Source: Paragordius varius
Taxonomy: Eukaryota; Animalia; Nematomorpha
Reading direction: 5' to 3'
Length of the DNA stretch: 64,000 nt
NCBI GenBank assembly: GCA_964247055.1
Contig: OZ176052.1
Span: 6,696,001-6,760,000 of the forward strand
Shown: positions 12,601 through 26,100 of the stretch, in pieces
Layout: the number at the start of each line of letters is the position of its first letter
How positions within the stretch are numbered: position 1 is the first letter of the stretch
Made by a program: the position numbers and the translations under genes
Notes under the pieces: generated by a model
Told to the model about the DNA's origin: nothing
Database searches by the model: none
The model's input: only the letters and a program-made list of their open reading frames with translations

Positions 12601-15600
12601 AAACCATAAGTACGGGATCATCTATATTGCGTTCTTTGACATGATGCAGAAAAGCTACACTGTCATTGGTTATGAGATCGGTAAAATAGTCTGTTACATA
12701 ATTATCCCCATGTTTTATCCAACGCCCATTATGATTTATGGTGTAATTGTAATACCGAGTATTACGAATAAGAGCTGACCATTCATCCCATCCTGGCGGT
12801 ATGTAAGAACCATTGTATTCATTAAGGTATTTCCCGAAATATCCTAAGTGTGTTATCAACATATTAGGACAAATGATTTTTTGATTTTAATATATAAAAA
12901 TTAAATTATGAATGTAATTCCAATGTGTAACATAATTAGGGGCTCTTTTGAATTTGACAGGAATCAAATCAGGATTCCCATAGGATTTTTCTGGGGGTTA
13001 TTAAACATAAATGTCTATATTTAATCATGATCGGTAATTTCACCCTTATTATTTTTTAAACTAATTCATTTTGTTATTTATGTTAATTTAAATTATTATA
13101 TTTCGGTAAATTTAACCATGGAATCCCACCACGTTTTAATGACCAAAAGCCACGATAGTGCGAAAATATTGAATATAACATAAATTTTAAAAATAGTTTT
13201 TTAATCGATGCCCTTTAGATATGAGCGCCTCAAATTTTTACATAGCAACAAGAATAACAAATTGTTTTATAGAATGAAAATTTGGTTAAAATTAAAAAAT
13301 TATGTGGTGTGAATTTAATTAATTTCAAAAAAGGTAACTGCAAATTCATCATAAATTTTATTGTTAAATTAATTAAAAAGCTTGTTTACGACTATGGTGT
13401 CCTTAAATCAGTAATCAAGGGTTGAAATCACATACTTAAATATTTAAAGTAACTTAATAATTTAAATAGTGCGCTCAAAAAATGATCTCCCCTATACTTT
13501 CGCTTCTTTTCCTTTGTTCTCTTTAACGGTATAAACTTTTCGATCAATTGAATTTTTTTACGATAAAATAATTCACAGACAGTCAAAGATATCGTTTATT
13601 TGACTAACAACACCGTTAAGATATTTAACAACAGATAAAAAAAATTCAAATATATTAACCGCTAAAATCTTATTACAAAGCACCTGTTTTATAACCAGCC
13701 TCTGTCTTCAGATAATTTGCAAATGTATAAGGCTCGTGTTGCAACTGCCATTGATATGATGAACAATTTGCATTGTTGGTTAAAATATTATGATTGTGAG
13801 CATATAAACCGGTAAGGATTGAGCTCCTAGACGGACAGCACACTGGAGTTGTTACATAGGCCCGATCTAAAAAAGCACCTCTTCGTTCAAACAAATCACG
13901 TAGGATGGGCATAAAAGATATTGAACCTTTGAATATAATATGTATAGTGTATTAAATTTTGATATCCGTTTATATATTAAGGGTGGCTTATATTTTTAGC
14001 CACAGTGGATGATGGACTTTTAAAATGCGGTAAATTGGTGTTCAAACGTTATATGAGAGAAATAAGTGCCAAAAACCACACAAACAGCTGATTATCATTT
14101 TTAAAAATTTTTAACACAGGAAGTAAAACGTTAATAATTAGGTGTTAAAGTAAAACATTTAATAAAGAAATAACTTTTTAAAAAGTCTGGGGTTTGGAGT
14201 CTCTTTTTTCCTTTTTTATTAAAGGGTAAAGACTTAAATTGTATCCGGACATGTGAAGGCTAACACTCGCCTCAGGGCTGACAGTTATGATGGAATATAA
14301 AAAGCTACATAAAAAATAACACCTTCCATTTTCTGATACATAGGATTAAAAATAAAAATTTATCATTTAGCCGAAATCGAATGCTACATTAAGTTAAATA
14401 AAAAAATAAAGTGAAGCGATTCATTGTAAAAATGAATTTAGAATTGTGCGGGAAAGAATGGATTTTTTTAATAATTAAATCAAAATTTCCTAATTTAACC
14501 AAATATATATTATAAACTGATCTAGTTTTTAACCAAAAAGGTAAAAACCTAATTCTATATCTTGATCATCTGTCAGCATCAAAATAATGTTGGGCTTTGG
14601 TTTCAATTTTTGGTTGCTTGATTGAAAACTTTTTTTAAAGGTTGATTGTTTCAATAAATTTTTCGTTGCAATCTTATTAGCTATTTCTAAGTTTTTTGCA
14701 TTATTGTCATAGTAGTATGGATCAGGATAATTGGCTTTAGGATTTTGAAACATACGGTGGGCGTGTTTACCTGAGTTTTTAAGTGTTTTTGGACTTGTGG
14801 TTGAGTCAGCCAAAGACATATAATAATTAAAAATATCGATTTCGCCTGCATTAATATTGGAGAAAGCAGTTGGAAAGTGATCATATCGCTTTCTATTTCG
14901 CCTAATTATCAAAAATGTACATAAAATTTTAGCACTAACTTTTTAAGATATATTGAATTTTTAAATCTTAAAAGTGATATCATAATTGACTGATTGTAGA
15001 AAAAAAATAAATTTTATTAATTTCGTACCGATTAGGATAAAATTATAGGTTATTTAAAAAATTAAAAAAGAATAATTTTAAATTAACATCATAACTTTTT
15101 ATCCAATTTAATTATATAGTTTTTATTACCTTTTGTATCTAGCAAATTTACGGTTGTCGCCGCTAGATAAAGCTGATAATGGAGTTAACGTTTTAGAAGA
15201 TTTTCGTTTTTTAATCGATTTATGTTTTATTGATTTTTTATCATAATTATTATTAGTTTTCTGCTTAATGGTTTGTAAAGTAGCATTAAATATATTTGAA
15301 TGTCCTTGTATGGTATCGATTTTAGTTAATCTATATTTCTGCGATTGAGCAAAAGGTCTGCATCTAAAAAGTAATATTAAATTATAATCATATATATGAA
15401 ACCTAAAAAAACTAAATTGCTTTGATAAAGATAGTTATAATGTCAAAATATATTAATGAATTTATGATTAAAATTTATTTGAATTTGCAATTTATTTTAG
15501 TTTAATTAATAATAATGCTTTATTTGCATTACTCAGCGCAATCGAAACGCATACAGTGGAACCCGGCCCCCATAAAGACCCCAATGGTAGAAAAAAATAC

Positions 15601-16822
15601 ATGCATTATCCGCATCATAAGCCTTAGAAAAAAATTAAAAAAAATAATTTAACTTCAATAAATATTAAATTTTCCACCAATATTAATATTTTATATATTA
15701 TTTTTCAATATTTGAAATTAAAACAAAAATAAATTATTTTTTTATGTTTTGGGCTCATTATCAGGGCACTTTACCACAAACTAGAAAGTTTTGGAGAAGC
15801 CATCCCCACATTTAAATGATTATAACCTAAAAACTAGCTATTAATTTAAAATAGGAAAGGTGCATGATAATTAGCATGGGTTGGTAAATTTTTTATAGAT
15901 GCTGATTTTAAAAAGTCATTGTGAGGAGTTGGAGGTTACACAGAAATTAAATTTTGATGTGACCCAAATAATTGGTACTGATGAAACTGACACAAACTGC
16001 TATTTAAGGTTTTATGTGCGATTTATATTTTCAGTTTTAACATAAATTCGCTAATGTTTCCCCGATTATTGGCAAAAACTTTAGTCGAGCGCTTTTTAAA
16101 ACGGCTTCTGGCTAATAGGCCTCAAATACGCCCCCATTAAATTTAACGTATGTTTGAAACAAATTTTTATAAAAGCGTTCATATAGAATTAAAAATAGTT
16201 TTAGGCATGCCATATCAAGGCCAAGCGCTTTTATATTAGCGTACGATTCCGAAAATAATATTATCATTATAATATGGATCAAAATTGAACAATGTAAATA
16301 AATTCATACGCTAATACTTTAGTATGAAAGATATTTTTTAAAATATGGTGAACACATTAAATTTGGCATGAGGAAGACTAATCAGTAATGGAACTTCTTT
16401 AAAGAGATGATAAAAAAAAATGTGTTAATCAAAAAACTTATAATTTTGTATAATGAAGAGTTACGGCTATTAATATATGAGCTATGCCTTATCCATATAT
16501 TAAGTTTTAGATTCAATAATTAATATTTATGACACCATCATAATGTTTAGCAAAAAAATTGTATGGAAGGAAATAGCCCATTACAATAAAAAATGTATTA
16601 TAAATTTTGAAAAAAAATATTAAATATAATTTATATATACCTGAATGATTCATTGGGTTCACTACATATTACGCTACAGTTCATATTTTGTTTAATTTTA
16701 GCTGTTGATGAATAGGTCACACAATCGGATAACACATTTGAATTTATAAAGATGCGTACAAAAACGCCAAAAAGCAATAAGCCAAATATCGGATCTCTTG
16801 AAAAAAATATTAGACAAGGCAT
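6504..16822 (-). CDS. Sulf1: Extracellular sulfatase Sulf1-like (heparan sulfate 6-O-endosulfatase), 15 exons, about 1167 aa
   Basis: Exons 5'->3': 16641-16822, 15130-15363, 14549-14901, 13684-13926, 12522-12843, 12274-12424, 11974-12149, 11722-11850, 11273-11549, 10343-11000, 10121-10269, 8147-8358, 7932-8089, 7421-7563, 6504-6620. All GT-AG and phase-consistent, 3504 nt total. Motifs: [12 protein letters not shown], formylglycine motif [39 protein letters not shown], basic hydrophilic domain, [30 protein letters not shown]. The 10269/10343 junction has a small alternative. Confidence 0.93.
6660..6691. repeat. (AT)n microsatellite
   Basis: About 16 AT units directly abutting the element at 6692. 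Confidence 0.95.
6692..7327. mobile_element. Non-autonomous hAT-like element in the last Sulf1 intron
   Basis: Termini TAGGGTTG ... CAACCCTA. Clustered GGTCATGACC-type palindromic subterminal motifs at both ends. Flanked by TATAT runs (imperfect TSD). Confidence 0.7.
7585..7838. mobile_element. Palindromic MITE, same family as 54912-55130
   Basis: Imperfect inverted arms, e.g. TAAAAGGGTATTTAATTTACAT versus ATGTAAATTAAACACCCTTTTAG. The start GTAACGAG...GGTCAT is shared with 54912. Confidence 0.6.
8522..8782 (-). mobile_element. Short Helitron-like element
   Basis: The minus strand starts A|TCTATAAAAATAATG and ends ...GCGTGACAGGGCTCAGCTAG|T, i.e. TC...CTAG inserted between A and T. Confidence 0.5.
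11038..11195 (-). mobile_element. tRNA-derived SINE copy (diverged)
   Basis: The reverse complement shares GGTAGGGT..., GAATTT(C/A)TATCATCACTGT and a CCTTTTAAAATTAAGGAAAA-like tail with 38420-38590. Confidence 0.55.
14203..14330 (-). mobile_element. SINE copy, 5'-truncated
   Basis: The reverse complement contains ACTGTCAGCCCTGAGGCGAGTGTTAGCCTT and TTACCCTTTAATAAAAAAGGAAA, matching 38515-38588. Confidence 0.65.
15590..15890 (+). repeat. Dispersed repeat, similar to about 18540-18830
   Basis: Co-linear shared blocks AAAATACATG..ATCCGCAT, GGCTCATTA, ACCACAAACTAG and GCATGAT..AGCATG. Confidence 0.45.
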
Positions 16823-17277
16823 AGTTAAAACACTATATAGTTACGTTACAAAATCGGGTTAATTTTGGAGGATTAAAGTCATTTTGTTAAACCAAATTAC
16901 ATATATGAATACAAATATGTATGTATCTTGGAAATAAATTTATTTTTTATCCTACAATTACAATATGCATATCTTGGTAAAAATATATTTTTATTACTGC
17001 GCATATTGTGCCTCCTTCATGTTGTAAATCATCTCTTATGTGTTATATATATTTATTTCTTACTATGTACAATATTGACAAATTGTATCTGTAGAATTTA
17101 CATAAAATAACTATTAATAAAGAAACATGTGAGCCATTAAATTTTGATACTAGAAAAATCAATCAATACTATATCCAAGTAATTTTGATTTTTTATATAA
17201 AAAAATTAGTTAAAAATAAATTTGCCAAAAATAATTAAAGGGCTTATTTTTGCATAAATATCCGGTTATCGGCGGGT

Positions 17278-17301
17278 TATATATATATATATATATATAT
17301 A
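17278..17301. repeat. (TA)n microsatellite
   Basis: Perfect dinucleotide run. Confidence 0.9.
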
Positions 17302-20300
17302 CTTTAAAATTATACTTTAAATTACTTAAAACCACGTTTTTTGTAGTTTTAATATACTTTTATATAAGATGTATATATATGTACTTTTTCATACTAAAAT
17401 AATGGTATATTTTCATAAAATTATTTACATTGTGCCTTTTAAGTTCGTGTGAATTTTTCATGTGTTGGTTTATTGTAAGAGCAGCCAACAATAAACACAA
17501 AAATACTTTTTATGATATAAATTATGGAAATATTTATTTATTCATTTATAAAATTATCTTGTTGTTTTATTTAAATAATATAAATATTATATAATAAAAT
17601 GGATAAAACATTTATGATATATTTGAGAGTATTTTAATTTAAATTCTTTACCTAACGAAAAAAAAACAAAAAAATTAATATCTTATGATAATTTTGACAT
17701 TTTTTATTATTAATCTCAACTAAAATGTAAGACAAGACATTTCGACAACACTCAAAGAGGCATAAAGTCTTCTGGCGTATAAAAGAAAAAAAATGAAATA
17801 TTAAAATACTATTTTATCCCTCACATAAATAATTTTTTACATTGTATACATTCCACGCACCATCCATAACAAAAATAAAAAATATTTGCTCGCAACGTTT
17901 TTTTTTGAATCTAAAACCATTTTTTTTCTACTAAAATAATTTGCAGAACCGGAACGATGTTGGCACAACCTTGACTATTAGGTCCTCTCAAAGATTGCAA
18001 CCGCGATAAGCTAAACAATATATTTTTTTCCAATTTTTAATACAATACAAACCTTATTTTCTTATATATTGTTTTCTATTTTATTTAAGATATAAGTGTA
18101 CGTGTATTTTTTACAGAAAAAACCCACGTGATAAAATTTTTCTATCTATAATTTTTGGCTATTTCTTTTGATTGTTTCAGAATAATCGGGTTATCTGTAT
18201 ATTTAAAAATTAAACCCTAATCACATCTATTTGACAAAAGACACATATTCGCCAATAAAGCTAAAATCGAGAATGTTTCCATTTTTATACAGAATGGTAT
18301 GTCGGGCTTTGTAAAATTTTATATGAATGGATGTATGGATGTGTTGCTTCACTCATGTCCCGTGGTTATAAATAAAGCTTCGGTTTTTTTGTAATTTATT
18401 TATTTTAATTTAAGCTCATAATTTTGGCCTCGTTTTAAAGTTCTTCTGTCTTTTCACTAGCTCATGGTAATAAAAAAATAGTGTATTTTTAGGATACTGA
18501 TTTTGTATATAAAGTGAATTCCCTCTCTCTTATAATGAGAAAATACATGAGAATATCCGCATAATGGCTCAAATTTTAAAAAAATACATAATATTATTTT
18601 TTTGCTTAAATTAAATTTTTGTTAATAATAGATTAATTATTATTAATGTATCACAGATAAATTAAAGAAAATAAGAAAAATTTGTATTTTATTTTTGGCT
18701 CATTACGAGCATTGCATAATAACCACAAACTAGTATTTATGTAGGAAGGTGTATATTATGAACACGATCATTGCTTAAAAATTTGAAGCTTTTTTGAATG
18801 AAAAATGCATGATTTTCAGCATGAGCCAATTAGTATATAAGCGCTGTTTTTTAAATAAAAATTATATAAAAGGAAGAATGGGGTCAACTGTAAAAGGACT
18901 CACGTAAATCGGAGTATTTTGAAAAAACTAGCGTATATTATTTAGGCTTGATTATTTCCAACTATAATTTTGTAAACGCTCTTAAAATAAAAATTTGAGC
19001 TAAATTAATGTTTTATTTTTTTTATGTTTCCAATCATATATGTTGGCAAAGGTTAGCGTTTAACTCCATTCAATCTCCATTTAAAATAATAAAATCACTG
19101 AATAAGCTTGATAATTTTGCTTTTGATATTTTATTTATATGACGGTAAACGTCCCAAGTTTTTACGGATTATACGACAATTTTCTTATCTGAAAAGTTTA
19201 GTGATCCTATCCTTATGGTGCAATCAATTAATTACATTTCTGTTTTTACCCAATTTCCAATTTATAATTTTCTAACCGAAAACGAAATAGGAAATAAAAG
19301 GGATACTAAAAAAATTTATAAGGGAAAAATTAAGAATATTATTTTTCTCCACAGTCATGTTCGGTTTTACAAAACTCTAAGTAAGCGATTTCATAAAACT
19401 GCTGCCAAATTTAATTTTGAATCCATTAAAGCCGTGCTTCTTAATTTTTGTTATATCTTTAAAATTCTAATAGGACAGGCTTCTTAAATTGTTATTAAAA
19501 CCATATTATTTTTAAAGTGTGATCCCTGATTTTGAGAAATGTACTTAAAGATAGCCTTATTTTTTTTAAATAAATCGATTTAGTCATTTAATATAGTAAG
19601 CATTTCTAAAAGTTCAAAACAGCTTTTCATTAGTTAATGCTAGAAAGGTGTGCTAGTTGTTTTAAACTAATAATTGGGAAATTGTGTTGGATATATAGTG
19701 AAATCAAAATATTTTATAAAATATTTTCTAAGGCATTTGTGATTAGGAACTATGTTATTTTCGTATTCAATAAACAGCAGTATTATTGGTTATATGGGCA
19801 TTTTAAATGGTGAACAAAGAAAATTTTTTATATTTTTATAGTTTTTCTTGCTTGAATTTGATTATTTTATTCCTATATTATATTGCTGTTTATTGCAATA
19901 AAAAAATATTTTTTGGCTTTTTTTATCCTGTTACAATAATTTTTATTGAATGATCAATTGTAATTTTATCTTAATTCATTGGGCAACTTTGTGAGAATAG
20001 CGATTATGAACTCTATTTTTTCCATAAATGATCAGTCTGAACTTCTTTACAGATATACAGTAGCGTATGGCATAAAACAATATTAATCCATAAAATAAAT
20101 AAAATGTTTTTTAAACAAGGGGATATATGTATTTACAACTAGGGTTATTTTATAAAAAAAACATTTTTTATTATTATTTTATGGACTAATATTGTTTTAT
20201 GGCCTACGCTACTGTAAATAGTAGCACGATTAACATTCATGTCTCGATAGGTCAAAAAAACACAAATGCATATTACACTTATTAGTAAATATGTTAAATT

Positions 20301-21407
20301 CACAAATCATTATCAAAATAAACTATTAAAAATTATCATAAAACTATTTTTGAGTGTCTGAAGAATATTTTTGGGGAGGAATGGAATAAAAAGATGACTG
20401 CATACTAATGATGCTATTATGATCATAAATAATTATAATAGATAAAATATCTGTATAATCCTTAGTTGTGAGTACTTTGCGGGAAATTTGGTAATTTATT
20501 ATCATTTAGGAACATCTTTTATATGTATTAAACATTTTTTTTAAATAATTGTGCAAAGGAATCATTAATATGGAGATATTTGGAAAATTATTTTATGCCT
20601 GCAAACAGGTTTTCTCAAAAAATGAATTTATTTACAAATATATTATAAATGACCGTAACCGGAGAGGTTCCTAAAAAATAGAACCGGAAACGAGTTGGTC
20701 CTTAAAAGTGTAACGGTTTTGGAACCGGTTTTTTGCATTTAAAACGGTTGAATTTTGGATCTAGACTTTTCATTAAATGATTTTCATAATGAAGCAGGGG
20801 TATGTAAATTTTGAAAGTAAAGTTAAGGTTTCTGTTAAGGTTTGACAAGATTTGCAAAATTCTTCGCCATATAAATAGATTTTTTGACTAGTTTTTAATT
20901 GTCCAATGATAATAAGACGGCTTACACCCTAATTATTGTAAGAGTATCAAGGTATAATGGTAACACCTATTATCATCGTTTATTATTTTTAATATATATT
21001 TTTTCACAAATATAGCCCAAAACAAAATGTCATCAATTAAATCGTAGATACTTTAAGAGTGTTTTATTTCAGCTTTCGGTTAAAAGGTATCAAGTTGCTA
21101 TGGGAATATAATTTTTTTTAATTTTTAATTATAAGGTAAAATGACTGCAAATTATTATTTTGGCTGAATACAATAATACAATCCCTGCTCATAATTTTAT
21201 CGAACTCTAAGCCGTCAGTTGTATGTATTATCACAAAATTGGTACCACATTTGGAACACACAGTGTCAAAGTTCAGAGAGTTTCGTAGCTAAGTTTAATA
21301 AAATAATAGTAGCGCCATTGCTAACTTTATTTTAACATAATAAAAGATGATTTGATTTTAAACTAACCATAATAATTGTAACACATTAAGTTTTTGGGTT
21401 TAAAGTG

Positions 21408-21431
21408 ATATATATATATATATATATATAT
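21408..21431. repeat. (AT)n microsatellite
   Basis: Perfect dinucleotide run. Confidence 0.9.
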
Positions 21432-22399
21432 GTAAATATTAAGCAGTGGTCTTCATTAAAACGACGAAAAATATCGAATATGCGTGATATAAGTTTATAG
21501 TATAAATTATTTAAATTCCAGAATATATGTTTTAAAAAAAAATTAATTTATGGCTAAGTTTTGTTGAAGTGAGAAGTGAGTTTTATGGTAATGTATAGCA
21601 TGAACACATTATTAAGTAATTCGCTGCTAAAAATTATCTCAGATTTTGATTTAAATTGTTACTGACCTAAATTTTTATGATTTATTTTGAAGAACATAAC
21701 TCATATACGAAAACAACAAAAAGAACGATCAACTTTATCGAAAGTCTGTGGTGATGAAAATGTTTGTCAACAAGTAGAAAATGTTTTTTACCGTTTCCTC
21801 CATCTAATATTAAAAAACTAGTTTAAACAAAATTCTCTATATTAATTTTTTTATCATATCCATACTTTTTAAATAACTGATATGATAATTTAGCATATAA
21901 ATTAAATTCGTATAATCTGCGTTTGTTATTTCAAGAAAATAGCACATTTAAAGGGGTCCATGTAAGATTTTCGGAGCCAATTTATTTTAATTTAAATATT
22001 GTTTTGTCCTTAATATACATAATATATGCAATATCTTTATTATAATTTTAAAATGAAGCATTTGGCTTTACCAAAAAATATTTAGAATAAAAGGCGCCAT
22101 TTTCTGATATTGAGCAGTTGCCAAAAAAGGGGTAATAATTTTGATTTATAACTTCCAAAACAAAAGCAGCATGAGAATCCCTATACATTTTCTATCAGAA
22201 TTAAATATTTCATCAGATATTTTTGATGCGCACTGTGTATAAGGATATTTACATATTAAAGTAAATTTAAACTGTTTTAAAACCCTTTTAAATAAACAAG
22301 TAAATTCCAGACTAAATATGTCATGAGATAAAGTATCAAAACAAAATACTATAATCTGATGCCTAATAATTGCTATAAATAAATCTAAAGCTATTTCAA

Positions 22400-22670
22400 A
22401 TTAACACTTGGATACAACACATTCATTTCAGTCCTTCATTTATTGAGATAGTCAGATATCCCAGGCATCTTTAATTTAAATATTACAAAAATATGAATAA
22501 ATTGAAACCATGGCAAATGTTTGCACTTATGTAACATTAATGAACCGAAATATAAAAAATCTTAATTTAAAAACACTTGATATTAATTATTATAAGGTAA
22601 AACCCAATGGTAAAAATTTGGTCAATATGACATGGTGCATTAGCTATTAAAAAATAAAATAAATTACAAC
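22400..22670 (+). repeat. Dispersed repeat, direct copy at about 43975-44240
   Basis: Shared TTAACACTT..ACACATTCATTTCAGTCCT, ATCCCAGGC, AAATATAAAAAAT, ACTTGATATTA and GGTAAAAATTT blocks in the same order. Confidence 0.7.
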
Positions 22671-23198
22671 GCTTTTTCTATTTCTATGAATTTTAGATGA
22701 GATTTAAATAAATAATTAGCTAAAATTTTAGCCTTAAAATTAAATAAACGCGATAGTTTGCAAAGATTTTGTAAAATGACGTCGAATTAGTTTGACATGG
22801 CACTTATTTTTAAAACGAATTATAATTTGGATATTATAGCTTATTTATATAATTTTTATTAGGATAGATGCATAAATGATTGGTCCTTCAGTAATTTTTA
22901 AAAATATCAACTTAAATTTATTCTGAGTATTATACCCCACTTTGGATCGAAGTCTTAATACATTCATCCACTTATATGTGGTAAGGAAAATTGGCATTCA
23001 CTTTTCATGCCTTTTATTAATGACATCAATATATTAAAATTGTTATTTAATAATAAATAGTATTCTACTGTAAAAATGTGTAAACCCATTATTCTAATGA
23101 ATATTCGAAAATATTTTAATCAACTAACTTTTAATTAATTTTTATACAATTATCAACTGGCAGACGAATGAACAAATTATTTTCTGCTATGTGAACAT

Positions 23199-26100
23199 AT
23201 GGTTTTAGATAGGACTGATTCTTGTCTTTTATTACAATTGCCACAAGAGATATTAATATATTTATCCTTATTCTTAGCAGCCAAAGATGTCACAAATAAA
23301 TTTTCTTTGACATGTAAACAATTATACCATTATTTCAACAATTATACTTATTGGAAAAAGCGATGGTTTAGTAAATCTCAGAAATCTTTATTTGTAAAAA
23401 TTCATTCCAACACTGTTATCAATACCTATCCAGATATTGAAAATTTACCTTATCAGTTTCCTCCTACAGGTTTAAACATATATATATTTGTTAGACAGTT
23501 CATTATTAAATTGGCGTAAAGCATGTTTGGACTTAGAATACGTCTATAAAAATTGGGTATCTACTAATGATTGTCAACATTATTTTAATTATCGACAAGA
23601 ATCATCAATTGATGTCGTCAAACTAGTAAATGCATTTTTATACCCTTATAACATAAAGAAAAGTTTTATCAAATTTTTTATTTTCTTTTATCATTTTTGC
23701 TAGGAAGGACGATTATGTTTTACTGGTTCTCGTGACCGTAGCATTTTAGTTTACGATACCAATCAAATTGGAAAGGTTAAAAAGGAAGATGTATTGGTTA
23801 GTAAGGCCAGAGACACACATAAAGTAATTGTTAAAATTTATTATATATAGTATAAATTTTATATTATTTTTTATAAAATAATATTAATGATTATATGTAT
23901 TTATAAGACGTCCTTAATTAATTTTTAAAGATATTTACAGTGACATGCTGTAAATACATGTAATTAATAATACCTCCAAGGCTAGTTTTTCTCCGAAAGA
24001 AAAAAGGCTATCAGGATTTTATAAAAATTCTGGATATGCAGTATTTACTGTATTTGTATTCTTAGGGTTGGATATGGACAATGTCATTTTTAAATAATAC
24101 TCAACTTTGTACTGGTGGATGGGATAGCTTTATTAAAACGTGGAACCTAACACCTGATTTAAAATTTGTGGAAATGAGTGCATACAAGTATTTAATTTTG
24201 ATATTTTTACTTTGAATGGATTTATTTTTATCTTAAGATTCATTAAAGCTATTTATTTCCAAAATTGAAGGTAGCAGAATTGAAATAAATTTTTTTTTCC
24301 AATTGCTTCCATTATCAATATAATGATTTATTACTCTAAATCTATCTCAAAAGTTGGATCAGTAATGTATATGATGACCTTAGTAAGACCAAACTAAAAA
24401 AAGATGCGGTGAGGTCCTACGATGGATGTGACCAGCTCATCTTAGTCTTTTGGCTCTTAATAAGGGACTAAGACCAGTGATTTTGAAGATGTTATAGGGA
24501 TCGAATGGTTATTTAAATTATTTTTATAATAAAGAAAAACAATGTGGTTTGAATTCAGATTTTTGGAATTTACCAAGGTTAGACTTTGTCATAGGCCAGC
24601 ATTTTGTGCCATAAGTCAAGGTATGACGGACGATTGAATATATAGCTGCGATTTGTTTCAAGTTAAGTAAAATTATTAATTATATCTTTTAATCCATAGT
24701 TTTTCCATTCATTAGATGACCTGTGTTTGAGACTATCACTTATACCTCTCTTGAGGAATATTTCATCACCTAAATAAAGTTAAATATTTGAGTGTGTAAC
24801 AGTTTCATAATTGAAGTTATTAGAGATTGCGTTTATATTTGGTTCTAGAGTTAAGTTATCGATGCAATTTGAACAAGTTTGGTTATCTATCCTAAATGAT
24901 TTTAGATCATGCATTTATGGATCCAGAAATTACATTTACTATTGCCTTCACAGCTAGATGCAAAGTCTATATGGGTATTTAATCGGCTTGCAGAAAATAT
25001 CGATGATCACACAAAAAAACACAATCTACAATTACATTGAACATTTAAACCCTAACAACATAAACATATATAAAATCGGGGAGAACAGCTAATAATAACA
25101 TCTGTGTACCTTCTATAGTCAATAACACTTTCTTTAGCTATTTTATAATTACTTTAAATCAATCTAAAGACCTAATTCTACCACGTGTAATATTATAGTA
25201 GGCTGCCCTGAATATATTTATGCAAATTGCATTAAATCGGCAATATTAATATAAAAAACGGTATAACACCCGAATTGTCGGAACTTACTGTCAATATTCT
25301 TGAATCCATTGATATAATTAATTATTTATCAAACCTTTTTAACCTCATCATACAAACTGAAGCCATCCCTGAATACTGGCAAAACAGCATTGTCATACCC
25401 ATTTACAAAAGAAAAGGTGATTCACGACCCAACTCGTACCGGGCCATAAAAATCTTGATCACATTAAGCTCATTCTATACAATAAGATTAAACTTCAAGT
25501 TTATCTAGACGTTCAATTTGGTTTTCATTCTGGAAAAAGCACAATTAATAAGATTTTTTTTACTTTGTCAAATGCAAGCATCTTATCTCAGAAATACACC
25601 CCTATATTACGACTTCCCAGATTTAGAAAAGGCGCGTTGGTTTTGCCAAGATCGATGATAACATGGGTCTTTAGAAGAAAATAGATTGAAGAATGGATAA
25701 TCCAAAGCATAGTGTTGTTATATTCCGACTCCAAAGCCCAAATCAAAGCCTTCTATGGTCTCTTGGAGTCAATCAATGTATACTCAGGGCTGCACCAAGG
25801 TTCTGTCCTAAATCCCTCGCTGTTTATTATAATGATGAGACTGAACATTCGCAGTTCACTTTGGGAACATGATCTTGTTATAATGGATTATACGGCTTGC
25901 TCCAATCTATAAATAATGGAATAATTTGGAAAGTTATGGTCTCAAAATCAATTCAAGCAAAACAAAAATAATGCATGAAAATAAATAAGCTGATTAAGTA
26001 CTCTTGTAGAATTTCCAATCTAGCTGTGAATGCAAACTCTATATGGTGTAGTAATTGTAATATTTGGATCCATAAAAAATGCGAATAAAATAGGATAGAT

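Noticed and set aside
19215-19487. 90-aa ORF and other 60-80 aa intergenic or intronic ORFs in the track
   Set aside because: F/I/K/L/N-rich translations typical of AT-rich non-coding or TE DNA, with no motifs or splice support.
20650-21190. hAT-like element (AACCGG motifs, CAGGGG...CCCTG)
   Set aside because: No matching TSD or convincing TIR pair.
21950-22295. TTAA-flanked Kolobok- or piggyBac-like MITE (similar case at 47686-47820)
   Set aside because: Terminal matches are only 5-6 bp in very AT-rich DNA and may be chance.
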